The translations under genes and the position numbers were made by a program. A stretch of 46,199 bases of DNA from Candidatus Daviesbacteria bacterium (GTDB lineage: Bacteria > Patescibacteriota > Microgenomatia > Daviesbacterales > UBA10151): contig JACPEX010000027.1 of NCBI GenBank assembly GCA_016183265.1, forward strand, positions 1 through 46,199, in the 5' to 3' direction. Positions 36,309 through 43,889 of the stretch are shown one piece after another. Within the stretch, counting starts at the first letter, position 1. The number at the start of each line of letters is the position of its first letter. The notes beneath the pieces are model-generated. The model did no database searches. It was given only the letters and a program-made list of their open reading frames with translations, and was not told the DNA's origin.

Positions 36309-37443
36309 TTCACTGGGATCTAATTACAACTTAAATTTTGTCTTCAAAAGCCTGTTTGCTGCTGGATCAAGGCAAGATAAAAAAGCGCTGGAAGATTTTC
36401 TAAATGAAAAGTTTGATGGCAAAACTCTTTTGCTATACAAAGGAAGGCAGGCAATCGAAATAGCTTTAAAACTGCTGGATTTACCAAAAACAAGTGTTGT
36501 TGCAATAAATGGTTTTACCTGTTTTGCAGTTTACCAAGCGGTTATTAACGCAGGACTTTCAGTTGATTATATAGATATTGAAAAAGGAGATTTAAATTTC
36601 TCTCCAAATCAACTTAGAAATAAACTCAAAGGAAATCCAGATATCAAAGTCATAATAATCCAAAATACTTTAGGATATCCGGCACAAGTTGAAGAAATAG
36701 CTACAATCTGTAAAGAAAACAATATTATTTTGATAGAAGATTTGGCGCATAGTGTTGGCGGTAAATTTGGAGATTTTGTGGCACTTTCCTTTAGCCAGGA
36801 TAAATTAATTGATGCAATTTCCGGAGGCGCATTAATATGCAAAAACAAAAAGTATAATTTTGATAATTTAGAAGAAAAAGATGAGATAAAAGACAGACTT
36901 TATCCGCTACTGACTTATGTCATAAGAAATACTTATTCTTTTGGACCCGGTAAAATAATCCACAAGATATTAAAAATATTAGATTTATTGTCAAAACCCA
37001 TGGATGAAAACCTGGCATTTTCAACCATCGCCCCCTGGTATTGCAATTTAATTAAAGAAGAGTTTGATAATTTAGAAAATAATTTAAATCGCAGAAGAAA
37101 AATTGCATCTATTTATTCCCAAAATATTGATCAAAAAATTTTGTTTTCAAGACTCGTAAAAAATATTCCGAATTCTACAAATTTAAGATTCCCGATTTTT
37201 GTTGAGAATAGGGCAAGTTTAATAAGTTTTTTGAAAAAACAAAATATTTTTGTTTCGGATATTTGGTATGATGCTCCAATAGCCCCTAAAAAATATATGC
37301 TGCAAACCGATTACAACCACCAATGCCCAAATGCCGAAAAAATTTCTGAAATAATTTTAAATTTACCAACACATAAAAATGTTTCGGAAAAAGATGCAGT
37401 GCAAATCTCCCAACTCATTAACCAATGGATAAAACAACAGTAA
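36295..37443 (+). CDS. DegT/DnrJ/EryC1/StrS-like PLP-dependent enzyme
   Basis: 382 aa. LIEDLAHSVGG and SFSQDKLIDAISGGALI (Schiff-base Lys context) resemble sugar aminotransferases. Confidence 0.55.
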   Translation: MNIFNSLGSNYNLNFVFKSLFAAGSRQDKKALEDFLNEKFDGKTLLLYKGRQAIEIALKLLDLPKTSVVAINGFTCFAVYQAVINAGLSVDYIDIEKGDLNFSPNQLRNKLKGNPDIKVIIIQNTLGYPAQVEEIATICKENNIILIEDLAHSVGGKFGDFVALSFSQDKLIDAISGGALICKNKKYNFDNLEEKDEIKDRLYPLLTYVIRNTYSFGPGKIIHKILKILDLLSKPMDENLAFSTIAPWYCNLIKEEFDNLENNLNRRRKIASIYSQNIDQKILFSRLVKNIPNSTNLRFPIFVENRASLISFLKKQNIFVSDIWYDAPIAPKKYMLQTDYNHQCPNAEKISEIILNLPTHKNVSEKDAVQISQLINQWIKQQ

Positions 37444-38450
37444 TAGAAATTTCGGACAAAAAAGTTTGGGAAGATTTTTTATCCAAACACCCTGAAGCAA
37501 ATTTTTTGCAATCCTGGAATTGGGGGGAGTTTCATAAAACATTAAACCATAAGATAAAAAGAAGCGGTTTTATTAAAGATAACAAACTGGTTGGCGTAAT
37601 GCTTTCAGTAGTAGAAAATGCAAAAAGGGGCAAATATTTAACTGTTCCGGGAGGACCAATTATTGATTGGCAAAATAAAAAACTGGTAACCCAATTTGTT
37701 GAAGAAATAAAAAGAATTGCAAAAGCAGAAGGTTGTGTTTTTGCAAGAGTCAGGCCACAACTTGAATCCAATGATTTTTCAAAAAATCTTTTTAAGAAAT
37801 TAGGGTTTATTGCCGCCCCCATGCATCTGCATGCCGAATTAACTTCCCAACTGGACATAACGCCTACCGAAGAACAGCTACTTGCCAATATGCGAAAAGC
37901 CACACGTTACGAGGCAAGAAAGGCCGGCTCGTTAGGAATAAAAATTGAGACCAATAGTGACGAAAAAGCTATCAAAAAGTTTTACGACCTTCAACTCCAA
38001 ACTGCCAAAAGGCAAAAGTTTGTGCCATTTTCTTATCAATTTTTATCTGAACAATTTAAAATATTTTTAGATAATAACCAGGCTGTTTTATATAGTGCCA
38101 AATTGGAAGACAAGTTATTGGCACAGGCCTTTATTATTTTTTACGGTACGGAAGCTGCTTACCATTATGGGGCAAGCACTGAAGAGGGAAGAAAATATCC
38201 CGGGGCATACCTTATACAATGGGAAGCAATTAAGGAAGCTAAAAGAAGGGACATGAAAAAGTATAATTTCTGGGGCGTTTCACCTGAGGGCGATAAAGAC
38301 CACAGGTTTTCAGGGCTTTCATTATTTAAAAGGGGATTTGGGGGAGCAGATTTTGAGTACTTGCATGCACAGGATTTAATAATAAATTATCCGAGATATC
38401 TTCTTAATTATTTAGTGGAACTTTTAAGGAAAAAAATAAGAAGAGTATAA
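37425..38450 (+). CDS. FemAB/FemX-family peptidoglycan aminoacyl (peptidyl) transferase
   Basis: 341 aa. FLQSWNWGEF, AAYHYGAS, YNFWG and FKRGFGG are typical of the FemAB family. Confidence 0.7.
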   Translation: MDKTTVIEISDKKVWEDFLSKHPEANFLQSWNWGEFHKTLNHKIKRSGFIKDNKLVGVMLSVVENAKRGKYLTVPGGPIIDWQNKKLVTQFVEEIKRIAKAEGCVFARVRPQLESNDFSKNLFKKLGFIAAPMHLHAELTSQLDITPTEEQLLANMRKATRYEARKAGSLGIKIETNSDEKAIKKFYDLQLQTAKRQKFVPFSYQFLSEQFKIFLDNNQAVLYSAKLEDKLLAQAFIIFYGTEAAYHYGASTEEGRKYPGAYLIQWEAIKEAKRRDMKKYNFWGVSPEGDKDHRFSGLSLFKRGFGGADFEYLHAQDLIINYPRYLLNYLVELLRKKIRRV

Positions 38451-39007
38451 TGACAAAGATTGCTAAAAAAGTAGATCCTCGTTCACTAGAAACTCAGAAA
38501 ATTATTAAAATAATGTTCCAGACGGCTTACGGAGAACAGAAGGGTAGAAATAAACCAATTATGGTTGGGCTGGCCGCGCCACAAATTGGAATTTTTAAAA
38601 GAATTATTTTAGTAGATGTAAAAGCTGATGGCAAAGGCAAAACAGGAGACTTAAGAGTTTATATAAACCCGGAAATTATTTGGTCTTCCAAAAGAGAAGG
38701 GGAGTGGTATGAGGGTTGTTATTCAACAGGCAGAATCTGCGGAATTGTTTCCCGCCCGATAACTATTAAAATCAAAACATTTACGATGACACCCCAAGGG
38801 TGTAATCGAGAGTTTAGAAAATACTCAGATTATGTGGCCAGGATTTTTCAGCATGAGATTGATCACCTAGATGGCAAAATTTTTACTGACCACATTAAAA
38901 ATCCGGATCATCTACATTGGGTGGAAGAAAAAGAATTCCCCTTATATAGAAATAAAGAAGCTTGGCGAAATTGGCCCAAAAAAGCTTCTTTGAATATGGT
39001 AAAATAG
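38450..39007 (+). CDS. def: peptide deformylase
   Basis: 185 aa. GLAAPQIG, EGCYS and QHEIDHLDG are the three deformylase motifs. Confidence 0.85.
   Translation: MTKIAKKVDPRSLETQKIIKIMFQTAYGEQKGRNKPIMVGLAAPQIGIFKRIILVDVKADGKGKTGDLRVYINPEIIWSSKREGEWYEGCYSTGRICGIVSRPITIKIKTFTMTPQGCNREFRKYSDYVARIFQHEIDHLDGKIFTDHIKNPDHLHWVEEKEFPLYRNKEAWRNWPKKASLNMVK
38789..38816. repeat. REP1 hairpin copy 4, in frame inside def
   Basis: acaccccaagggtgtaatcgagagttta (26/28 identical to copy 1) encodes TPQGCNREF, between deformylase motifs 2 and 3. Confidence 0.7.
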
Positions 39008-39015
39008 CAGTTAAT

Positions 39016-39294
39016 ATGAGAAAACAAACTAAAATTCTACAATTTAAAGTAATTATTGAGCAAGATGAGGACGGTTGGTTTGTGGCTTCCGCCCCGTCTA
39101 TACCAGGTTGTCATACCCAGGGAAAAACATATGAAGAGGTAACGAAAAATATAAGAGAGGCTATCGAGCTTTGTCTGGAAGTTGCTAAGAATGATAAATC
39201 TTACTACCAACAAATTGATTGGGCTGAAGACAGGGAAAAAACAAAATTCATTGGCATTACAGAAATTCCCGTCAGCTACGAATTTCCTGTATGA
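39016..39294 (+). CDS. hicB: HicB-family antitoxin
   Basis: FKVIIEQDEDGWFVASAPSIPGCHTQGKTYEEVTKNIREAIELCLE (UPF0150/HicB fold). I prefer ATG 39016 (MRKQTK), after the def stop, over the track start 38962. Confidence 0.7.
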   Translation: MRKQTKILQFKVIIEQDEDGWFVASAPSIPGCHTQGKTYEEVTKNIREAIELCLEVAKNDKSYYQQIDWAEDREKTKFIGITEIPVSYEFPV

Positions 39295-39515
39295 GCAAAT
39301 TGCCTTCTTTGAAATCTAAAGAGGTCATCAAAATTCTTCACAAATTAGGATTTAAGAAAATTCGTCAAAAAGGAAGTCACGCTTTCTTTTCTCATTCAAG
39401 TGGAAAAACTACGGTTGTACCGATACACCAAGGTAGAAATATAGGAAAGGGGCTTCTACACTCAATACTTCACGACATACAAATCTCACCGGAAGAATTC
39501 AATAAACTTAAATAG
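39291..39515 (+). CDS. hicA: HicA-family mRNA interferase toxin
   Basis: 74 aa. LKSKEVIKILHKLGFKKIRQKGSHAFFSH...TTVVPIH (YcfA/HicA). The start overlaps the hicB stop (ATGA). Confidence 0.75.
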   Translation: MSKLPSLKSKEVIKILHKLGFKKIRQKGSHAFFSHSSGKTTVVPIHQGRNIGKGLLHSILHDIQISPEEFNKLK

Positions 39516-39533
39516 GTTAAACTGTAGAACCCC

Positions 39534-39563
39534 TTGCTTAAGGTGAACCAAAAAAGGTATAAT
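39534..39563 (+). promoter_or_regulatory. candidate gyrA promoter TTGCTT-18-TATAAT
   Basis: TTGCTT at 39534-39539, TATAAT at 39558-39563, then a 39-nt leader to ATG 39603. Confidence 0.4.
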
Positions 39564-39602
39564 TTTAAGCAGGGCGGAAGCTCCTTTTTCTTTTAAAACT
39601 AC

Positions 39603-42047
39603 ATGTCAAACATCGGTAAAATTCAACAAGCACCAATTATAGAAGAGATGCAAAAGTCCTACCTGGACTATGCCATGTCAGTCATTGTTTCCCGGGCTTT
39701 GCCTGATATCAGGGATGGCTTAAAACCGGTCCAGCGAAGAATTATCTTTGCCATGTCCCAGCAAGGCTTACATCATACTTCCCGTTTTCAAAAATCAGCA
39801 GCAGTTGTCGGAGAAGTGTTAAAGAATTTCCACCCGCACGGTGATGCCCCGGTTTATGAAGCTATGGTACGAATGGCCCAGAATTTTTCCATGAGATATA
39901 TGTTAGTCGATGGACAAGGAAACTTCGGGTCTATCGATGGTGATTCGCCGGCGGCCATGAGATATACAGAGGCTAGGCTATCGGCTATTTCAGAAGAATT
40001 ACTGCGGGACATTAATAAAAACACAGTTGATTTTATAGACAACTATTCCGGCACTACCCAGGAACCCGTTCTTTTGCCTTCAGTTATCCCTAATCTTTTA
40101 TTAAACGGCGCATCCGGCATTGCCGTTGGTATGGCCACCCAAATCCCGCCTCATAATCTAGGGGAAGTCTGTGATGCGCTTATTTATATGATAGAACATG
40201 AGGATGCCACTGTTGAAGACCTGATCCAATTTGTCAAAGGCCCGGATTTCCCAACAGGCGCATCCATTTATGACCAAACAGAAATATTGGCAGCTTATGC
40301 AACAGGCAAAGGCCGGATTGTCATGCGGGCAAAAACGGAAATCGATGAAACGCCGGCCGGGAAAATGCAGATTATCGTTTCCGAATTACCATATCAAGTA
40401 AATAAAGCCACCTTAATTGCCCGCATTGCCGAACTGGTTAAAGACAAAAAGCTGGATGGGATTGCTGATTTGCGGGACGAATCAGACCGCAAACAAATGG
40501 TCAGGATTGTCTTTGACTTAAAAAGGGATGCCAAACCACAATCTCTCCTAAATAATCTTTACAAGCATACTGCCATGCAGTCGGTTTTTAATGTTAACCT
40601 GGTTGGACTTTTAGATGGGGTTCCTCATCTTTTAACTTTAAAACAAATCCTGTCAGAATTTATTCACCACCGGCAGGTAGTTATCAGGAAACGTTCCGAA
40701 TTTGAACTGGCCGAGGCTAAAGCCCGTGAGCATATTTTGGAAGGCTTAAAAATTGCAGTTGATAACATTGATGCCGTTATCGAGACTATCAAAAAGTCTA
40801 AAGATGCTGATGCGGCAAAACAGAATTTAATGGCTAAATTCAAACTCAGTGAGTTGCAGGCTTTAGCTATTTTGGATATGCAGCTGCGGCGTTTAGCAGC
40901 TTTGGAAATACAAAAAATTGAAGATGAGTTAAATTTGGTCCGGGAAACCATTGCTTATTTGGAAGATTTATTGGCCCATCAGGAAAAAATCCTAAAAGTA
41001 ATTAAAGATGAGCTGACTAAAATTAAAGAAAGGTATGGGGATGACAGGAAAACCCGGGTCTATAAACAAAAAGTAGGGGAATTTTCGGAAGAAGATTTGG
41101 TACAAAATGAAGTAACTATTGTTACCATTACCGAAGGCGGCTATATCAAACGCCAGGCCCCGATGTCTTTTAGGGTGCAACAAAGGGGCGGCAAAGGAGT
41201 AATGGGCATTTCTACCAAAGAAACAGATGCGGTTTCCCACATTTTCTATACCCAGACTCACGACAATATCCTCTTTTTTACTGATAAGGGCCGGGTTTTC
41301 CAAGTCAAAGTCTGGGAAATCCCCGAAACGCAACGTGTTGCCAAAGGCCAGGCCATTGTTAATCTGGTAAACGTTGAACAAGGAGAAAAAGTAACTGCAG
41401 TTTTGACTACCCGCCAAAAAGGGGAAGAGACCAAATACTTCTTTATGTGTACCAAAATGGGCACAGTCAAAAAGACTGCCTTAACAGAATATGCCAATAT
41501 CCGCAAAAATGGCTTGGTGGCAATTAAACTGGATACGGATGATGAACTGGGATGGGTGATGCCGACTGCCGGTAAGGATGATTTAATAATTGTTTCAAGG
41601 GACGGCAAATCAATCCGTTTTTCCGAAACCCAGGTTAAACCAACCCACCGGGACACTTCCGGGGTCAGGGGTGTCAGGCTCAGTGGCAAGGATGAGGTGG
41701 TATCTTTAAATGTGGTTAAAAATAATGATGATGAGCTGCTGGTGATTATGGAAAATGGTCTGGGTAAAAAGACTAAGTTTTCAGCCTGGCACAAGCAGGG
41801 CAGGGGAGGGCAAGGGGTAAAAGCCGCCCAAGTCACATCTAAAACCGGACAAATTGTAACAGCCTCTGCCATTGATGAAAAAATGGATACCCTGGTATTA
41901 ACTTCCACCAAAGGGCAATTAATCAAGATGAATTTGGCAGAAGTGCCTACTTTGCAGCGCCAAACCCAGGGGGTAATATTAATGAGGATGAGGCCCGGGG
42001 AAAAAGTCGCCGCGGCAACTGTTGTTGCGTCCAAAGAAAAAACTTAA
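39603..42047 (+). CDS. gyrA: DNA gyrase subunit A
   Basis: 814 aa. [10 protein letters not shown], the [10 protein letters not shown] active-site Tyr region, and C-terminal beta-pinwheel repeats. Confidence 0.95.
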   Translation: MSNIGKIQQAPIIEEMQKSYLDYAMSVIVSRALPDIRDGLKPVQRRIIFAMSQQGLHHTSRFQKSAAVVGEVLKNFHPHGDAPVYEAMVRMAQNFSMRYMLVDGQGNFGSIDGDSPAAMRYTEARLSAISEELLRDINKNTVDFIDNYSGTTQEPVLLPSVIPNLLLNGASGIAVGMATQIPPHNLGEVCDALIYMIEHEDATVEDLIQFVKGPDFPTGASIYDQTEILAAYATGKGRIVMRAKTEIDETPAGKMQIIVSELPYQVNKATLIARIAELVKDKKLDGIADLRDESDRKQMVRIVFDLKRDAKPQSLLNNLYKHTAMQSVFNVNLVGLLDGVPHLLTLKQILSEFIHHRQVVIRKRSEFELAEAKAREHILEGLKIAVDNIDAVIETIKKSKDADAAKQNLMAKFKLSELQALAILDMQLRRLAALEIQKIEDELNLVRETIAYLEDLLAHQEKILKVIKDELTKIKERYGDDRKTRVYKQKVGEFSEEDLVQNEVTIVTITEGGYIKRQAPMSFRVQQRGGKGVMGISTKETDAVSHIFYTQTHDNILFFTDKGRVFQVKVWEIPETQRVAKGQAIVNLVNVEQGEKVTAVLTTRQKGEETKYFFMCTKMGTVKKTALTEYANIRKNGLVAIKLDTDDELGWVMPTAGKDDLIIVSRDGKSIRFSETQVKPTHRDTSGVRGVRLSGKDEVVSLNVVKNNDDELLVIMENGLGKKTKFSAWHKQGRGGQGVKAAQVTSKTGQIVTASAIDEKMDTLVLTSTKGQLIKMNLAEVPTLQRQTQGVILMRMRPGEKVAAATVVASKEKT

Positions 42048-42257
42048 ATGTTCAAAGAAAAAATCTTATCAACCATAGCTATCATCTATTTCATGCTTGG
42101 TTTTGTTTTTGCTATTGGTTTTGCTGTCTATTATCGCTGGCCTTTTTTATCTTTTCTGTCACCCGGCTTTTACGCTGTTATTTTATCCTGGCCCTATCAG
42201 GCCCTTGGCCTTACAAGGGATTTGCTATACTTCGGCCTTGCCGGCAAACCAATATAG
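42048..42257 (+). CDS. small 2-TM membrane protein
   Basis: 69 aa. The start abuts the gyrA stop (TAAATG). Two hydrophobic helices. Confidence 0.4.
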   Translation: MFKEKILSTIAIIYFMLGFVFAIGFAVYYRWPFLSFLSPGFYAVILSWPYQALGLTRDLLYFGLAGKPI

Positions 42258-42260
42258 AAT

Positions 42261-42497
42261 ATGAGCTTCAGAAAAGAGCTTGAAGTATGTAGGGCTGTTT
42301 TATTGGAGGGAATTGCAGAGTTTCATGCAGCTCAAGTAAAATCAGACATGAATGGACCCCTGGTAGATATTTACTGTTTAATCATGGGAGGGGTTGGGGG
42401 ACTTATGCTTTACCCATTACGGCGCATAGCTCGCAAATCTCCAGAAATGATTATTCAAGAAAGCGAATACCGGATAAAAAAATTTATTTACTCCTAA
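42261..42497 (+). CDS. hypothetical protein
   Basis: 78 aa ORF, 3 nt after the previous stop. No motif recognised. Confidence 0.35.
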   Translation: MSFRKELEVCRAVLLEGIAEFHAAQVKSDMNGPLVDIYCLIMGGVGGLMLYPLRRIARKSPEMIIQESEYRIKKFIYS

Positions 42498-42528
42498 AAA
42501 TTTTTAAACAAATACCATAAAAAGAGTA

Positions 42529-42572
42529 GGTGCCAAGCTAATCCACCCTCCAGGTGGAAACACATTGACACC
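42529..42572. repeat. REP2 hairpin copy (extended)
   Basis: ggtgccaagctaatccaccctccaggtggaaacacattgacacc. Outer ggtgccaa / ttgacacc arms pair with one mismatch. Confidence 0.75.
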
Positions 42573-42599
42573 TTTACTTATTTATTCTATTTTTAGGAT

Positions 42600-43274
42600 A
42601 TGCCCACTAATAGAAAATTAGTCTTTGCAAATGATGAAATTTACCATGTATTTAATAGAGGAGTCGAGAAAAGACCAATTTTTACAGATAAACGCGAATA
42701 CAAAAGGGCACTGCTCGCATTAGACTTCTACCGATTTACCAGCCCTCCTGTTAAATTATCAAAATTTCTTATTATTCCTAAAGATCAACAGGAAAAATTC
42801 CTGGAAAATATAAAAAAAGAATTTGAGAAACTTGTAGAAATAATCTGCTACTGTTTAATGCCAAATCATTTTCATTTTCTGCTTAAGCAGAAAATGGATA
42901 ACGGCATTTCAACTTTTATCTCAAATCTCACCAATAGCTATACCAGATACTTTAATACAAAGCATGAACGCATTGGCCCGCTTCTTGAAGGAATATTTAA
43001 AGCCGTAAGAATAGAGTCAGAGGAACAGCTTATGCACACATCAAGATACATACATTTAAATCCAGTTTCCTCATTCTTAATTGAACCTGAAGAATTAGAT
43101 AATTATGAGTGGTCATCTTACCCTGAATTTTTGGGGCATTCAGATAAAAATTTTGTCACCAAAGACCTCATACTAAATTTCTTCCCCTCAATAGCTGCCT
43201 ACAAAAAGTTTGTTTTAGATCAAGTAGACTATGCAAGGCAATTAGAGCTAATCAAGCATTTAACTCTGGAATAA
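42600..43274 (+). CDS. REP-associated tyrosine transposase (RAYT; HUH/Y1), second paralog
   Basis: 224 aa. YHVFNRGV, MPNHFHFLL and TSRYIHLNPV, collinear with 21971..22687. Confidence 0.8.
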   Translation: MPTNRKLVFANDEIYHVFNRGVEKRPIFTDKREYKRALLALDFYRFTSPPVKLSKFLIIPKDQQEKFLENIKKEFEKLVEIICYCLMPNHFHFLLKQKMDNGISTFISNLTNSYTRYFNTKHERIGPLLEGIFKAVRIESEEQLMHTSRYIHLNPVSSFLIEPEELDNYEWSSYPEFLGHSDKNFVTKDLILNFFPSIAAYKKFVLDQVDYARQLELIKHLTLE

Positions 43275-43288
43275 AGTAAAAAAGGACA

Positions 43289-43318
43289 GGTGCCAAGCTA
43301 GTCCACCCTCCAGGTGGG
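43289..43318. repeat. REP2 hairpin copy
   Basis: ggtgccaagctagtccaccctccaggtggg. Confidence 0.75.
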
Positions 43319-43323
43319 AATGA

Positions 43324-43599
43324 TTATTTACTTCCCAGGAATTTTTGGACAAAGTCGTTTAGGTAATTTGACAACCGGGCAATGATAAAGGCTGAAAGAA
43401 GAAATTCCCAAAAAGGGCTCCTGATTTCTATCCCTAAAAAGACATTAAACAAACTTACCCCAAAACCAAAAGTTAATAAAATTGCCGTGGCTAAAGACAA
43501 AAGGGGAAGATAAGGCTTCATCACTTGCACACTTCCCACCAAATATTCTATTAAAGCCTCATTTAACACAGTCAGGATAAAAACCACCAACCAGTTCAT
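43324..43599 (-). CDS. small 3-TM membrane protein (holin-like topology, family not established)
   Basis: 91 aa, three hydrophobic helices and a charged C-terminus. Start overlaps the upstream ORF stop. Confidence 0.4.
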   Translation of the reverse strand: MNWLVVFILTVLNEALIEYLVGSVQVMKPYLPLLSLATAILLTFGFGVSLFNVFLGIEIRSPFWEFLLSAFIIARLSNYLNDFVQKFLGSK

Positions 43600-43850
43600 A
43601 CTGCCTTTCCGGGCAGGAAAACATATTGGTAAAGCTTAATGAAAGCGCCTACTATTGTCAATGTCTCATCCTTTTTCACCTCCCAGGAGCCAGGGCTCAC
43701 CTGGGAGGTGTTTTCTTTTAATTTTGCAATTTCCTGATCTCGTTCCTGCAGCGCTTCCCGTAAAATTATCACTTGTTGGTTTAATGTGGCCAAAGTTGTT
43801 TGAAAATTTTCTACTTCAGGTTTTGGAGAATTAAAAACTATCTCTGACAT
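43596..43850 (-). CDS. small coiled-coil protein
   Basis: 84 aa. LATLNQQVIILREALQERDQEIAKLKEN looks like heptad-repeat coiled coil. It is 39 nt downstream of the ATPase gene. Confidence 0.35.
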   Translation of the reverse strand: MSEIVFNSPKPEVENFQTTLATLNQQVIILREALQERDQEIAKLKENTSQVSPGSWEVKKDETLTIVGAFIKLYQYVFLPGKAV

Positions 43851-43889
43851 ACTTGGGAGCAGATTGAACGTATACTACCACGAGGCAAA

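Larger units (their letters stand above)
42529..43318 (+). mobile_element. REP2-RAYT2-REP2 unit
   Basis: GGTGCCAAGCTAaTCCACCCTCCAGGTGG at 42529 and GGTGCCAAGCTAgTCCACCCTCCAGGTGG at 43289, in direct orientation, bracket the second Y1 transposase gene. Confidence 0.75.

Noticed and set aside
41258-42034. 258-aa minus-strand ORF (and 40992..41417, 40664..40951)
   Set aside because: These are antisense shadow frames of gyrA with no motifs.
43324-43850. Prophage remnant inferred from the holin-like ORF
   Set aside because: No terminase, capsid, tail, integrase or endolysin genes are adjacent, and topology alone is insufficient.
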